Source: an uncultured Gemmatimonadaceae bacterium (GTDB lineage: Bacteria; Gemmatimonadota; Gemmatimonadetes; Gemmatimonadales; Gemmatimonadaceae). Taken from it: a stretch of 64,000 nucleotides of DNA. The stretch is from positions 148,206 through 212,205 of the forward strand of contig CAWHHI010000009.1 in NCBI GenBank assembly GCA_963829055.1, given 5' to 3'. Under the pieces are notes generated by a model. That model saw nothing but the letters and a program-made list of their open reading frames with translations, was not told the origin of the DNA and made no database searches. This document shows, in pieces, positions 10,902 to 19,731 of this stretch; the stretch's first letter is position 1, and each line of letters starts with the position of its first letter. The translations under genes and the position numbers were made by a program.

Positions 10902-11630
10902 ATGTTCAGCCGGCCGAGCAGCTCGTCCGGCGCAGTGAAGGTCCGCGTTCTCGCGACCGACAACCCCAGGGTGCTTCCTCCGGAACTCCAGGCCCTACTG
11001 GATGGCACCGACGCCGCGTCTCGAGACGCGGCGTGGGCCGCGCTCGTGCGGTCACATAACGGCCTGCTCCTTCACGCCGTGCGTTCGGTCTTCCCGCAGC
11101 ACGACGCCGCGATGGACGCGTACACGCTCGTGCTCGAACGACTGCGTGAGAACGACTTCCGCAGGCTGCGCACCTACGTCGCCGATGGCAGGAGCGCGTT
11201 CAGTACGTGGCTCGTGGTCGTCGCGCGCCGGTTGTGCCTCGACCACCACCGCCAACGCTACGGCCGCACGCCGCGCGGCGAACACGACGTTGCTGCCGCC
11301 GAGCAGCAGCGAGCTGCGCGACGACGCCTTCTCGATCTCACCGCGTCTCCGCTCGACGCGGCGGACATCGTCGACGACGCCAGCGGCTTGGCAGACCGCG
11401 AGCTGAGATCGGCCGAGCTTCGTCACGCGCTCGACGTCGCACTTGCCGACCTGACGCCCGCCGACCGCGTCCTCCTCAGGATGCGTTTCGAGGACGAGCT
11501 CTCCGCGCAGGAGATCGCGACGGCGCTGGGCTGGCCAACGCCGTTTCATGTGTATCGCCACCTCAACGCGCTTTACGCGGAGCTGCGCTGCCGACTCGTC
11601 GCGCGCGGCGTGATGAGCAGCGCACCGTGA
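10902..11630 (+). CDS. ECF-type RNA polymerase sigma-70 factor
   Basis: Region 2 'FSTWLVVVARRLCLD'; region 4 'LTPADRVLLRMRFEDELSAQEIATALG'. Confidence 0.88.
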   Translation: MFSRPSSSSGAVKVRVLATDNPRVLPPELQALLDGTDAASRDAAWAALVRSHNGLLLHAVRSVFPQHDAAMDAYTLVLERLRENDFRRLRTYVADGRSAFSTWLVVVARRLCLDHHRQRYGRTPRGEHDVAAAEQQRAARRRLLDLTASPLDAADIVDDASGLADRELRSAELRHALDVALADLTPADRVLLRMRFEDELSAQEIATALGWPTPFHVYRHLNALYAELRCRLVARGVMSSAP

Positions 11631-11644
11631 GCGCGCGCGATCCT

Positions 11645-11668
11645 GCAAGAGGTGCTGGCGGGTCCGTT
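11645..11668 (+). promoter_or_regulatory. Putative ECF promoter (GCAAG-N12-GTCCGTT) upstream of the anti-sigma/CHAT genes
   Basis: Matches 15306-15329 in motif and spacing. Confidence 0.55.
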
Positions 11669-11697
11669 TCACAAAGCATCGAAACGGAGGTCCGCCG

Positions 11698-12340
11698 ATG
11701 ACGGAGGTCCCAATGCCAGACGAGGACACAAACATCGCACATCTCAGCGCCGAGCGGCTGGCGTCGTACATCGACGGCAACCTGACCCCGGCCGAGCATA
11801 ACGCGGCGCTCGCGCACTTCGACGACTGCGCGGACTGCCGGCGCGAGATGACCGATGCGCGTCGCGTCATTGCCCTCGCACCTCCGGCGCGTGTCGGAAC
11901 CTGCGCGAGCCCCGACGGCCTCGCGGCGCGTGCGAGTCTGGGTCGCCGCAGCGCTCGCGGCGGTGGTCGTCTTCGCCGTCGTCCCGACTGTGCTGCGCAA
12001 CAGGAGTGGCCCTGACGGCGCCACTCGCGGACCGGATCGCCTTCCTCAATCGGAGACTGTTTCCCAGTTGGCGACTGTAGCTCCGGTGGACGACGGTGCC
12101 ATTACACCGGCAAGCGACTCGTTCGTGTGGCGGGCGGCGAGCGCGGACGCGGAATATCGGTTGCGGATCATGGACGCGACGGGCGGGATCGTGTGGAGCA
12201 CGAGCACGGTCGACACTTCCGCTACGCTGCCCGCGAATCTGCGCCTGCCACAGGGGAGCGAGTACTTCTGGTCCGTGGACGCACTCCTCGCTGACGGTCA
12301 CTCGACGACGACGCGCGTTCATCACTTCACCATCCGGTGA
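11698..12340 (+). CDS. zf-HC2 (ZAS) anti-sigma factor with TM helix and extracytoplasmic beta domain (one frameshift near 11880)
   Basis: 'HLSAERLASYIDG...HFDDCADC' HxxxCxxC motif; second frame gives TM 'VWVAAALAAVVVFAVV' and a C-terminal domain. Confidence 0.82.
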
Positions 12341-15331
12341 TGCGCGCACTCTCGGCGAGTCTCGTGGCGAACGCTCTGACAGGCGTTCTACTGGTCGCCG
12401 CGTGTGCGGCCCCGCCCGATGCCACGACCACCGCGCCGGTCGGGACCACACCAGCGGTGAGTGGGCAGGGCGTGCCGGTCGCACTTCCTTCCGGCGTCGA
12501 TTCGTTGCTGCGACATGCCGACTCGGTCTACCTGCGCGCGCCCGACAGCTCGACGGCGTTGTTCCAGATCGCGCTCGATCGCGCGAGCGCGTCGCGCGAT
12601 TCGGCCGGCATCGCGCGAAGCCTCACCGGGCTGGGACAGGCGGCACGACACGCCGGAGACTTCCGCGCGTCGCGCGACCTGAGCGAGCGTGCGCTCGCGC
12701 TGAAGCTGCGACTCGGCATGCGCGCTGATCTCTTCCGATCCTACAACGCGCTCGGCCTGCTCGCGCGCGATGAGGAAAGGCTCAGCGACGCATCCGCGAT
12801 TCTTCCGAAAGCGGCTGAGGCGGCCCGGACCATCAACGATTCCGTAGGCCTGGCCAAGGTGCAGGTCAACACCGGGCTCGTGCTGAGCGACCTCGGAGAT
12901 TTCGACGGGGCGCGCGCGGCGTCGCTCGCTGGACGCGATGGGGCGCGAGCGGTGGGCGACACGGTCACGTTAGGGAGGGCGCTGACCAATCTCGCGGCCC
13001 TCGACATCACACTTGGCAATCCACTCCCGGCGGTTGCCACGCTCGACGCGGCGCGGCGTCTCTTCCGTGCAGCTGGCGACTCGATCGGCTGAAGTGAATG
13101 CCCTGGGTCAGGTCGCTGCAGCGTACGACGCGTTGGGCGACCCGCAGCGCGCATTCGCGGCGCTGGATAGTGCGTTAGGCATGGCGCGCCGGCTGGCGAT
13201 GCGGGTCGAGGAGGCGGCCGATCTCAGGATCCTCGCCGACCTGTACCGGGATGCCGGGTATTACCAGCACGCGCTCGACGTGTACGCACGCGCCGCCGCG
13301 CTGAACGACTCGCTCGGCAAGCCCGAGGAGCGCGGTGATCTCCTCCGCAGCGAGGCGCAGGTGTACTTCGCCCTCGGCGGAACGGCGCGCGCTCGTGGAC
13401 GGGCGTCGGAGGCGTTAGGCGTTCATCAGAAGGGCGGCTTTCGCTACCCGGAGCTCGTCGACCATCTGCTGCTGGCGGAGCTGGCGCAGCACGAGGCGCG
13501 ATCATCCGAAGCAGAGGCGCATCTGCGGTCGGCGCGCGCCTTGTCCGCGGCGCTCGCGGCCAGCACCGCGAGCGCGCAGGTGGCCCTGTCTGAGGCGCGC
13601 GTTGCCGACGACGCGGGTCAGTCCGAGCGTGTGCTGCGCGTGCTCGAGCAGTCTCGGGGCGTCCTCGCCCAGGCGGGGAGCGGAGCCGAGGCGGAAGCGT
13701 CGGCGCTTGCCGCGCGCGCGTATGCGCGACTCGGACAGCTCGACGCGGCGGCAGTCGCGGGGCGTCAGGCGGTCGATGCCGTCGAGCGCGTGCGCAAGAA
13801 TTATGGATCGGGCGAGCTCAGGGCATCGTACGCGTCAGGCAGGGCGTCCGTGTACGCGGACCTCGTCGTCGTCCTGCTCAAGCTCGGCCGAACCGCCGAA
13901 GCCTTCGAGGTTGCCGACGCTGCGCGCGGTCGCGGGCTGCTGGAGCATCTGGCGACGTCGCGCACCGACGCTCGAACGGCGAGTGGTGCAGCGCAAACGC
14001 TCGCCGAATCCGAGCTGCTTCTGCGGCGCATCGACGAACTGATGGCCAAGCTGCAGGTGCGCGAGCAGACGGTCCCGCGAGAGCGCACGCCAGGGTACGT
14101 GGCGACCACGAAGGACCTCAACGACCGCCTTCGCCGGGCGCGCACCGAGTACGAGGAGATCCTCGCCCGACGCACGCCGGACGTGGCGGCGGCCAGGGCG
14201 CTGATCGGCGGCGGGCGTGCCGATGTTCGCGCCGTGCAGGCGAGCCTCGAGCCGGGTGAGCTCCTGCTCGAGTACTTCGTGACGCCGGCGCGGCTGTACA
14301 TCTTCGCCGTCACGCGCACGGGCCTGACGAGTCTGACGAATGAGGTGACCGCGGACGGTCTCGCGGCGCGCGTGCGTGTCGCGCGCGACCTCATGGGGGA
14401 CCGCGCCGCCGATGACGCGCGAACCCGTCGCGTGCTCGGCGCGCTTCACGCGATTCTGCTCGGGCCCGTCGCGGCATCGGGTGCGTTGCGCGACGTCCGC
14501 CGGATCATCGTCGTGTCGCACTCCGTGTTGACCTACCTCCCGTTCGCGGCCCTGGTGGATACCGCCACCGGCCGCTACGTGACGGAGGACTATGCGGTGG
14601 CGCACGTGCCGTCGGCGGCGGCGCTCCCGGTGCTTCGCGCGTCGGGGTCACGCGCAGTGCGCACGGTGGCAGCGCCGGCCGAGGTGTTCGCGCCGTTTCC
14701 CGATGCGCTGCCGGCAACGCCGGCGGAGGCGCGGACCTTCCGGCGGTCGGTGCCCGGAGCAGTGGCGCACGTGGGGAGTGCGGCGACGGAGGGTCGGCTG
14801 CGCAGCGCGCTCGCGTCGGGCGCCGTCGTGCACGTGGCGACGCACGGGGTGATGAATGCACTCAACCCGCTGTTCTCGCGGCTCGAGCTGGCGACGAACG
14901 AGGCCGGTGCCAGCGACGACAACGGCCGGCTCGAGGTGCACGAGCTGCTCGAGCTTCACTTCGAGAGTCCGCTCGTCTTCCTCTCCGGCTGCGAGACCGG
15001 GCTCGGCGCGTCGTGGTCGACGCAGTTCGAGACGGGGCAGGATTACACGACGATCGCGCAGGCGCTGCTCTTCGCCGGCGCGCGCAACGTGGTGGCAACG
15101 CTCTGGCGCATCGACGACGAAGGCGCCGCGGAGTTCGCGAGGAAGTTCTATGCTGCGCGGCAGACGCTCGGAGCGCCCGAGGCACTCGCGCGGGCGCAGC
15201 GCGAGATGATCACCGATCCGCGCTGGCGAAGTCCGTACCTGTGGGCGGCGTACGAGGTCAGTGGTGGAGGTCTCGAGGGGTTCCGTCCGTCACAGGCGTC
15301 AAAGATCAAAGTCTCGTTAGGAGTCCGTTGA
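12340..15331 (+). CDS. TPR-CHAT domain (caspase-like) protease with lipoprotein-type signal (one frameshift near 13085)
   Basis: N-terminal 'LLVAAC' lipobox; TPR repeats; CHAT motifs 'VHVATHG' (His) and 'LSGCETG' (Cys), 'VVATLWRIDD', 'SPYLWAAY'. Confidence 0.88.
15306..15329 (+). promoter_or_regulatory. Putative ECF promoter (TCAAA-N12-GTCCGTT) upstream of the lipoprotein gene
   Basis: Matches 11645-11668. Confidence 0.55.
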
Positions 15332-15408
15332 ACCGAGGTGATCGCGACTCGACCGAGTTGACTCGACGCACCCGAACCGACACACCAACGCACACGAGGG
15401 AGTGCATC

Positions 15409-16473
15409 ATGCCCCGCAGATCGGACGGTTTCGCTTCACCTCATGTCAGGCCGGGTGTCGTTTCCGCTCGGCGGGATGCTGTTGCTGTGCGTGATGGCTG
15501 CGTGCGTTGCCGATGAGCCTACGGCGTCGCGGCCGACTCCGGGTGTGAGCCTCGGGAAAGCGCCGCCACCGTCTGTCACCGTCACGTCCACCGACCCGAC
15601 GTACGCCTTTCAGGGCGACTCGGTGCTGACGGTGCACGTGAAGGGAATCGGGATTTACCGCGGGCGCACATACGTCGTGGCCGGTCAACGGCGATACGAC
15701 GCACGTGCACGAGATCAGCACGACGTACGTGAGCCCGACGGAGGTCGTCTCGACGATCAAGGTGGACCTCAACGCGCCGACGGCGCTGTACGATGTCGTG
15801 GTGACGCTCGTTGGTGGGAAGAAGGGAGTGGGCGCGGAGCTGTTTGCCGTCAAGTCAGTGAACGAGCGCCAGCAGTTGCCGATCCCGATCGCGGTGACCG
15901 TGGACGACGCGGGCGCGCTCGGAGCCGTACAGGATTCGGAGCGACGGATTGGGTGAGTATGTCGACGGACAGCCGGGATGACGGCGTTTATCGACCAATT
16001 CGGGAATCTGCAGATCTCGCCTAACAACGGCCAAGCGACGACGCCGGCACAGCGCAGCCTGGTCTTCGACTTCAGCGTGCCGGCCGACCCGCTCAACACG
16101 TATCGCCCCGATGTGTCGGGTCAGACCAACTTCAAGATCCTGACGAACAATGTCGGGCTACCCGAGGATTCAGGACCTCGGGGTGAATGGCATTCCGTCT
16201 TCGGGGTGCTATCGCCTGACGTTCTCGTTCCGGAACGTTACGACGCACTATCCAGCGTCGATTTCAACACGAGCATCAACGCGCAGGCTGCTTTCGTGCT
16301 CATCACGCGAACCAGCGCTTCGACGTGGACTGTCGTGCCAGGATGCGTCGTGCGGCGCGCATCCGACCTGGGGCGCGTTCAGGAGCCAGGATCTTCACGA
16401 GCAAGAACGCGCCGGTCGTAGCCCCGTGGGAACTACAGCCTGCCGTTCTCGATACGGATTCGCGAAGTTGTAG
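15409..16473 (+). CDS. Secreted lipoprotein of unknown function with IPT/Ig-like beta domains (several frameshifts)
   Basis: SD GAGGGAG before ATG 15409; lipobox 'MAAC'; consecutive ORF pieces 15443, 15705, 15978, 16150. Confidence 0.6.
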
Positions 16474-16498
16474 CGGCTCGCGGTCGAAGCACCTGGGA

Positions 16499-16531
16499 AA
16501 CGCGCGGCACCGAAAGACGGTGTCGCGCGTT
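16499..16531. terminator. Intrinsic terminator-like hairpin between convergent genes
   Basis: AACGCGCGGCACCG-aaaga-CGGTGTCGCGCGTT followed by CTTCGTT. Confidence 0.65.
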
Positions 16532-16544
16532 CTTCGTTAGGCGC

Positions 16545-17497
16545 CGGCGGCTGAGGATCCGTGATTCCCGCCTTCACGAGCGCGAGGCCGAACGCCCATT
16601 GCCCGTCCGCCGTCGCAATGCTCAGCGCGCCCGCCCGCATTTGCTGGTAGATCTCACAGGAGCGAGAGCGTCGAGTCGAGCGTCTCCGCTCCGGTTGCAC
16701 CGCCGTGCCCGCCCTGTCGCGCCAGGTGCATGAATGCCGCGCCGCAGAGCACTCCCACCACACGCCGGTCGTACACGAACCGCGCGGGAAGCGCAGCGAA
16801 CGAATTGCCAGCGTATGCCGAGAGCAGCTCGACGGCAGGTTGCTTCATCCATGCGGAGGAACAGCGAAGCGGCCGCGAGATCGTAGTACGGATCGTTAGG
16901 CCCCGCGGTATCCCAGTCGAGCAGCACGAGATGCTCGCCGTCGTACACGAGGTTCGTCGGATTGACGTCGTTGTGGCTCAGCACCGGCGCGCGGTCGCTC
17001 GGCGTCGGGTCCTCCTCGAGCACGCGTCGCACGGCGTCGCTGAAGAACGCAGGCACGGCGAAGCCCGCCAGCGGTCCGTGCCAGATAGTCGCGAGAAACT
17101 CTCGCGGGTCCAGCGCATCCGCGTCGAGCGGCAACGGGATGTCGTGAATGCGGCGCACCGTCTGGCCAAGCAGCGCGATGGCCGCGTCGTGCGTGCGTGG
17201 GTCCCAGTAGTACGCCGGAAACGATCGGTCCGCGACGAACGCGCTCAGCACGGCGCGCCGATCCTCGTCGACGTGGATGATGCGCGGCGCCACGCCCGCG
17301 TCCGCGGCGAGTCGCTGGATGTGAAGCTTGCGACTCCATGCCGCGAGTGGTTCACCCTCGCGCGCGACCTTCATCACGAACGTCTGTCCGCTGGCGTCAA
17401 CGCGATACACGCCCGCGCCGGAGAGTCCCGCGGCAATCTTCGTGATCGTGGTGGTGTCGCCGCGGAGTTCGGCGGGCAGGCAGGCTTCGAGGGTCAC
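16545..17497 (-). CDS. Aminoglycoside/choline-kinase-like phosphotransferase (frameshifted 3' part; 3' end approximate)
   Basis: 'AGLSGAGVYRV', Brenner motif 'HNDVNPTNL', 'LLDWD', 'NDPYYDLA'. Confidence 0.8.
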
Positions 17498-17619
17498 GAT
17501 TGACTCTGGCGCATGGTTGCGGTCAGCGGGCGTGGGTGCCTCATCCGTCGGAGGCAGACCTAGCTCGCCCGCGTTAGGACGAGGAGCGGTTTCAGGGCGT
17601 GCGCCGGGCTAGCGAAGAG

Positions 17620-17847
17620 CTACGCCGCCGGGTCGGCGATCAACCGACGTTCGCGGTCTGCCGCGAACGCGAGCGCAGCCCGGATGTCCTCGCGCTCAAG
17701 ATCGGGAAAGTCGGCGAGGATCTGGTCCTCGCTCATGCCAGCAGCGAGGTAATCCAGGATGTCGTAGACAGTAATGCGAAGACCGCGGATGCAGGGTTTT
17801 CCGCTCCGCTTTCCCGGCTCTATCGTAATTCGCTCGCGGTAGTCCAT
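17620..17847 (-). CDS. DUF433 domain protein (antitoxin-like)
   Basis: 'PGKRSGKPCIRGLRITVYDILDYLAAGMSEDQILADFPDLEREDIRAAL' is the DUF433 pattern. Confidence 0.92.
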   Translation of the reverse strand: MDYRERITIEPGKRSGKPCIRGLRITVYDILDYLAAGMSEDQILADFPDLEREDIRAALAFAADRERRLIADPAA

Positions 17848-17903
17848 TCCTGAGAGTACGGCCGTCGGAGGACGCAGGCAAGAACGGGCGCCCTTGGCTC
17901 CGC

Positions 17904-18075
17904 GTCATTCCGAGCGGAGGCTTGTCATTCCGAGCGAGCGGAGCGAGTCGAGGAATCGCGATCGTCCCGATAGAGGGCCCTCTACCGGGACGAGTCGCGA
18001 TTCCTCGACTCGCCGCTTCGCGGCCTTCGCTCGGAATGACATGGTTCCTCGCCTGCGGCCTCCGCTCGGAATGAC
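17904..18075. repeat. Nested palindromic REP/MITE-like element (GTCATTCCGAGCG...CGCTCGGAATGAC)
   Basis: Outer arms 17904-17920/18059-18075, inner arms 17923-17936/18028-18041, further internal stem and central TAGAGGGCCCTCTA. Confidence 0.85.
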
Positions 18076-18111
18076 ACTGCTCCTTCCTATGGCCTCCTTC
18101 CTGAGGCCTCG

Positions 18112-18997
18112 TTAGGCCTCGTTGCCGATTGCCAGCGGATCGACATCGAGCGTGCCGTGACTCACCGGCCAGACCTCGCCCCTAACGAGAAGATTCCCAT
18201 CACCATCCTGGACGACCGTGAGCTTGCTTGGCCGTCCGGCGAACCGCCCCTGCGCAATCTCGATCGGAACGCCTGCCTCAGCGAGACCGCGTGCTACCAG
18301 ATACGCCGCGGCGGGACCGGCGGCGCTGCCCGTCGCGACGTCTTCCACGAGCCCGAGGTTGTCCCACGTTCTCATCTCACGACCATCGACGGCGAGAACC
18401 AGTGGAAACTTTGCGCCTAACGTTTCGAGCTGCGATTCGAAATCGGTCCCGCGGATTTTCGCTCTCCCCAACGCCGCCGGCGAGAGAGGGACGATCAGAT
18501 ACGGTAAGCCAGTGGAGATGACCTGGGCGTCCATTCCACTGGCCACATCGCTTTCGTCGAGCCCGAGCCGCGACAGGATCGGCGCCAACGCGCGGCTCGA
18601 AATGGGAGCCCCAACGACCGGCTTCCCCTGATTCATCTCGCACACGTAATGCGTGCCCACCTTCGTCGTCGTGACCGCAAGGTCGCCGTGCGGAACCGAG
18701 ATCACCCACGAGCAGAACTTCTTCACCGGGGCCTGAGTGCGGTGCAGTACCGCCGCTGCTCCGAGCACAGGGTGCCCCGCGAACGGCAACTCTTCCTCCA
18801 CCGTGAAGATCCGCGCCTTCGCTCCCATAGCCGAGATGCTCGAGAGGAATATGGATTCGAATTGCTTGGTCTCCTGCGTCAGCCGTTGCATGACTGACGC
18901 CGGCCAACGCTCCGTGTTCAGGAACACGGTCAGTCCGTTTCCGGTGAGCGGGCCTGTCGCGAACACATTCGACGTGGAACAGCGTCGGAGATGGCAT
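18112..18997 (-). CDS. PhzF-family isomerase/epimerase (frameshift near the 5' end)
   Basis: 'VFATGPLTGN', 'EELPFAGHP', 'STGLPYL', 'EDVATGSA', 'QGRFAGRPS'. Confidence 0.88.
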
Positions 18998-19030
18998 GGT
19001 GATGGTTATGGCCGCGAAGGCGGGGCCGAG

Positions 19031-19495
19031 TTATGCGCCGACGGTGGGCGACGCCGGAATCGCGCCGATTTGCTGCAGCAGCGACAGCACATCGAGGTGA
19101 TGGTGGATCTCGCGGGCGCGACCATCGGCGATGGTGTGCCAGAGCGTCCCTCGTACGCGGATTCGCTTCCCCGACGGCGGCACCACGCCGCCGGGCGTCG
19201 CGAGCGGACCGCGGTGTGTCCCCTCCCAGAGGATCTCCTGCGCCACACGCTGCCCGCTGGCGACCGTCGCCTGAACGGTGCCGCGTGCGTCGGGCAGGGT
19301 CTCCTTCCATCCCTGGCAGAGGCGGACGTACTCGTCCGCGCCATCGACACGGCGCTGCGTCCCGGTCTCCTCGTACACGACATCGGGGTGCAGCGTCGCG
19401 CGCAGACGCTCCCAGTTGCCGACGTTGAACGCCTCCACTAACTCGGTGGCGACGGCGGTGGTGTCACCGGACTGCTTGGATTGCGTGGTCGTCAT
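19031..19495 (-). CDS. SnoaL-like ester cyclase / NTF2-fold protein
   Basis: 'VEAFNVGNWE', 'WEGTHRGPL..PPSGKRIRV', 'LSLLQQIG'; SD AGGAGG before ATG 19495. Confidence 0.88.
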   Translation of the reverse strand: MTTTQSKQSGDTTAVATELVEAFNVGNWERLRATLHPDVVYEETGTQRRVDGADEYVRLCQGWKETLPDARGTVQATVASGQRVAQEILWEGTHRGPLATPGGVVPPSGKRIRVRGTLWHTIADGRAREIHHHLDVLSLLQQIGAIPASPTVGA

Positions 19496-19523
19496 GGCTC
19501 CCTCCTGTTGATTCGTGGCCACG

Positions 19524-19539
19524 AACGCCCGCAAAACGC
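19524..19539. promoter_or_regulatory. AACGC direct repeat with 11-bp period (putative SARP site)
   Basis: AACGC at 19524 and 19535, upstream of the cyclase and next to a SARP gene. Confidence 0.4.
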
Positions 19540-19731
19540 GGGTGAAACAGCATGTGATTTCTCGCTGGACGCGGCAAGGGACACGCGCCCCGGGCGGCCT
19601 GAGCCGCGCCAACCGGAACCGCCCGCGTCCGCCGTGATGTGGCGCAGGAGTGCCCGAGATGGAGCCGTGACCGAGCGTGGCCACGAGCGATGCGCCCGCG
19701 CCGGCGGCCAATACCGGGATGGTGATCATTG

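Noticed and set aside
13080..13095. TGA read-through or selenocysteine in the CHAT gene
   Set aside because: The downstream coding continues in a different frame, so this is an indel rather than an in-frame stop.
17553..17579. attC right-arm-like sequence GGCAGACCTAGCTCGCCCGCGTTAGGA
   Set aside because: No complementary left arm or RYYYAAC upstream; too weak to call.
18112..19495. PhzF + SnoaL cyclase + SARP as a phenazine or polyketide biosynthetic cluster
   Set aside because: No phzA/B/D/E/G, PKS or NRPS genes nearby; these families commonly occur alone.
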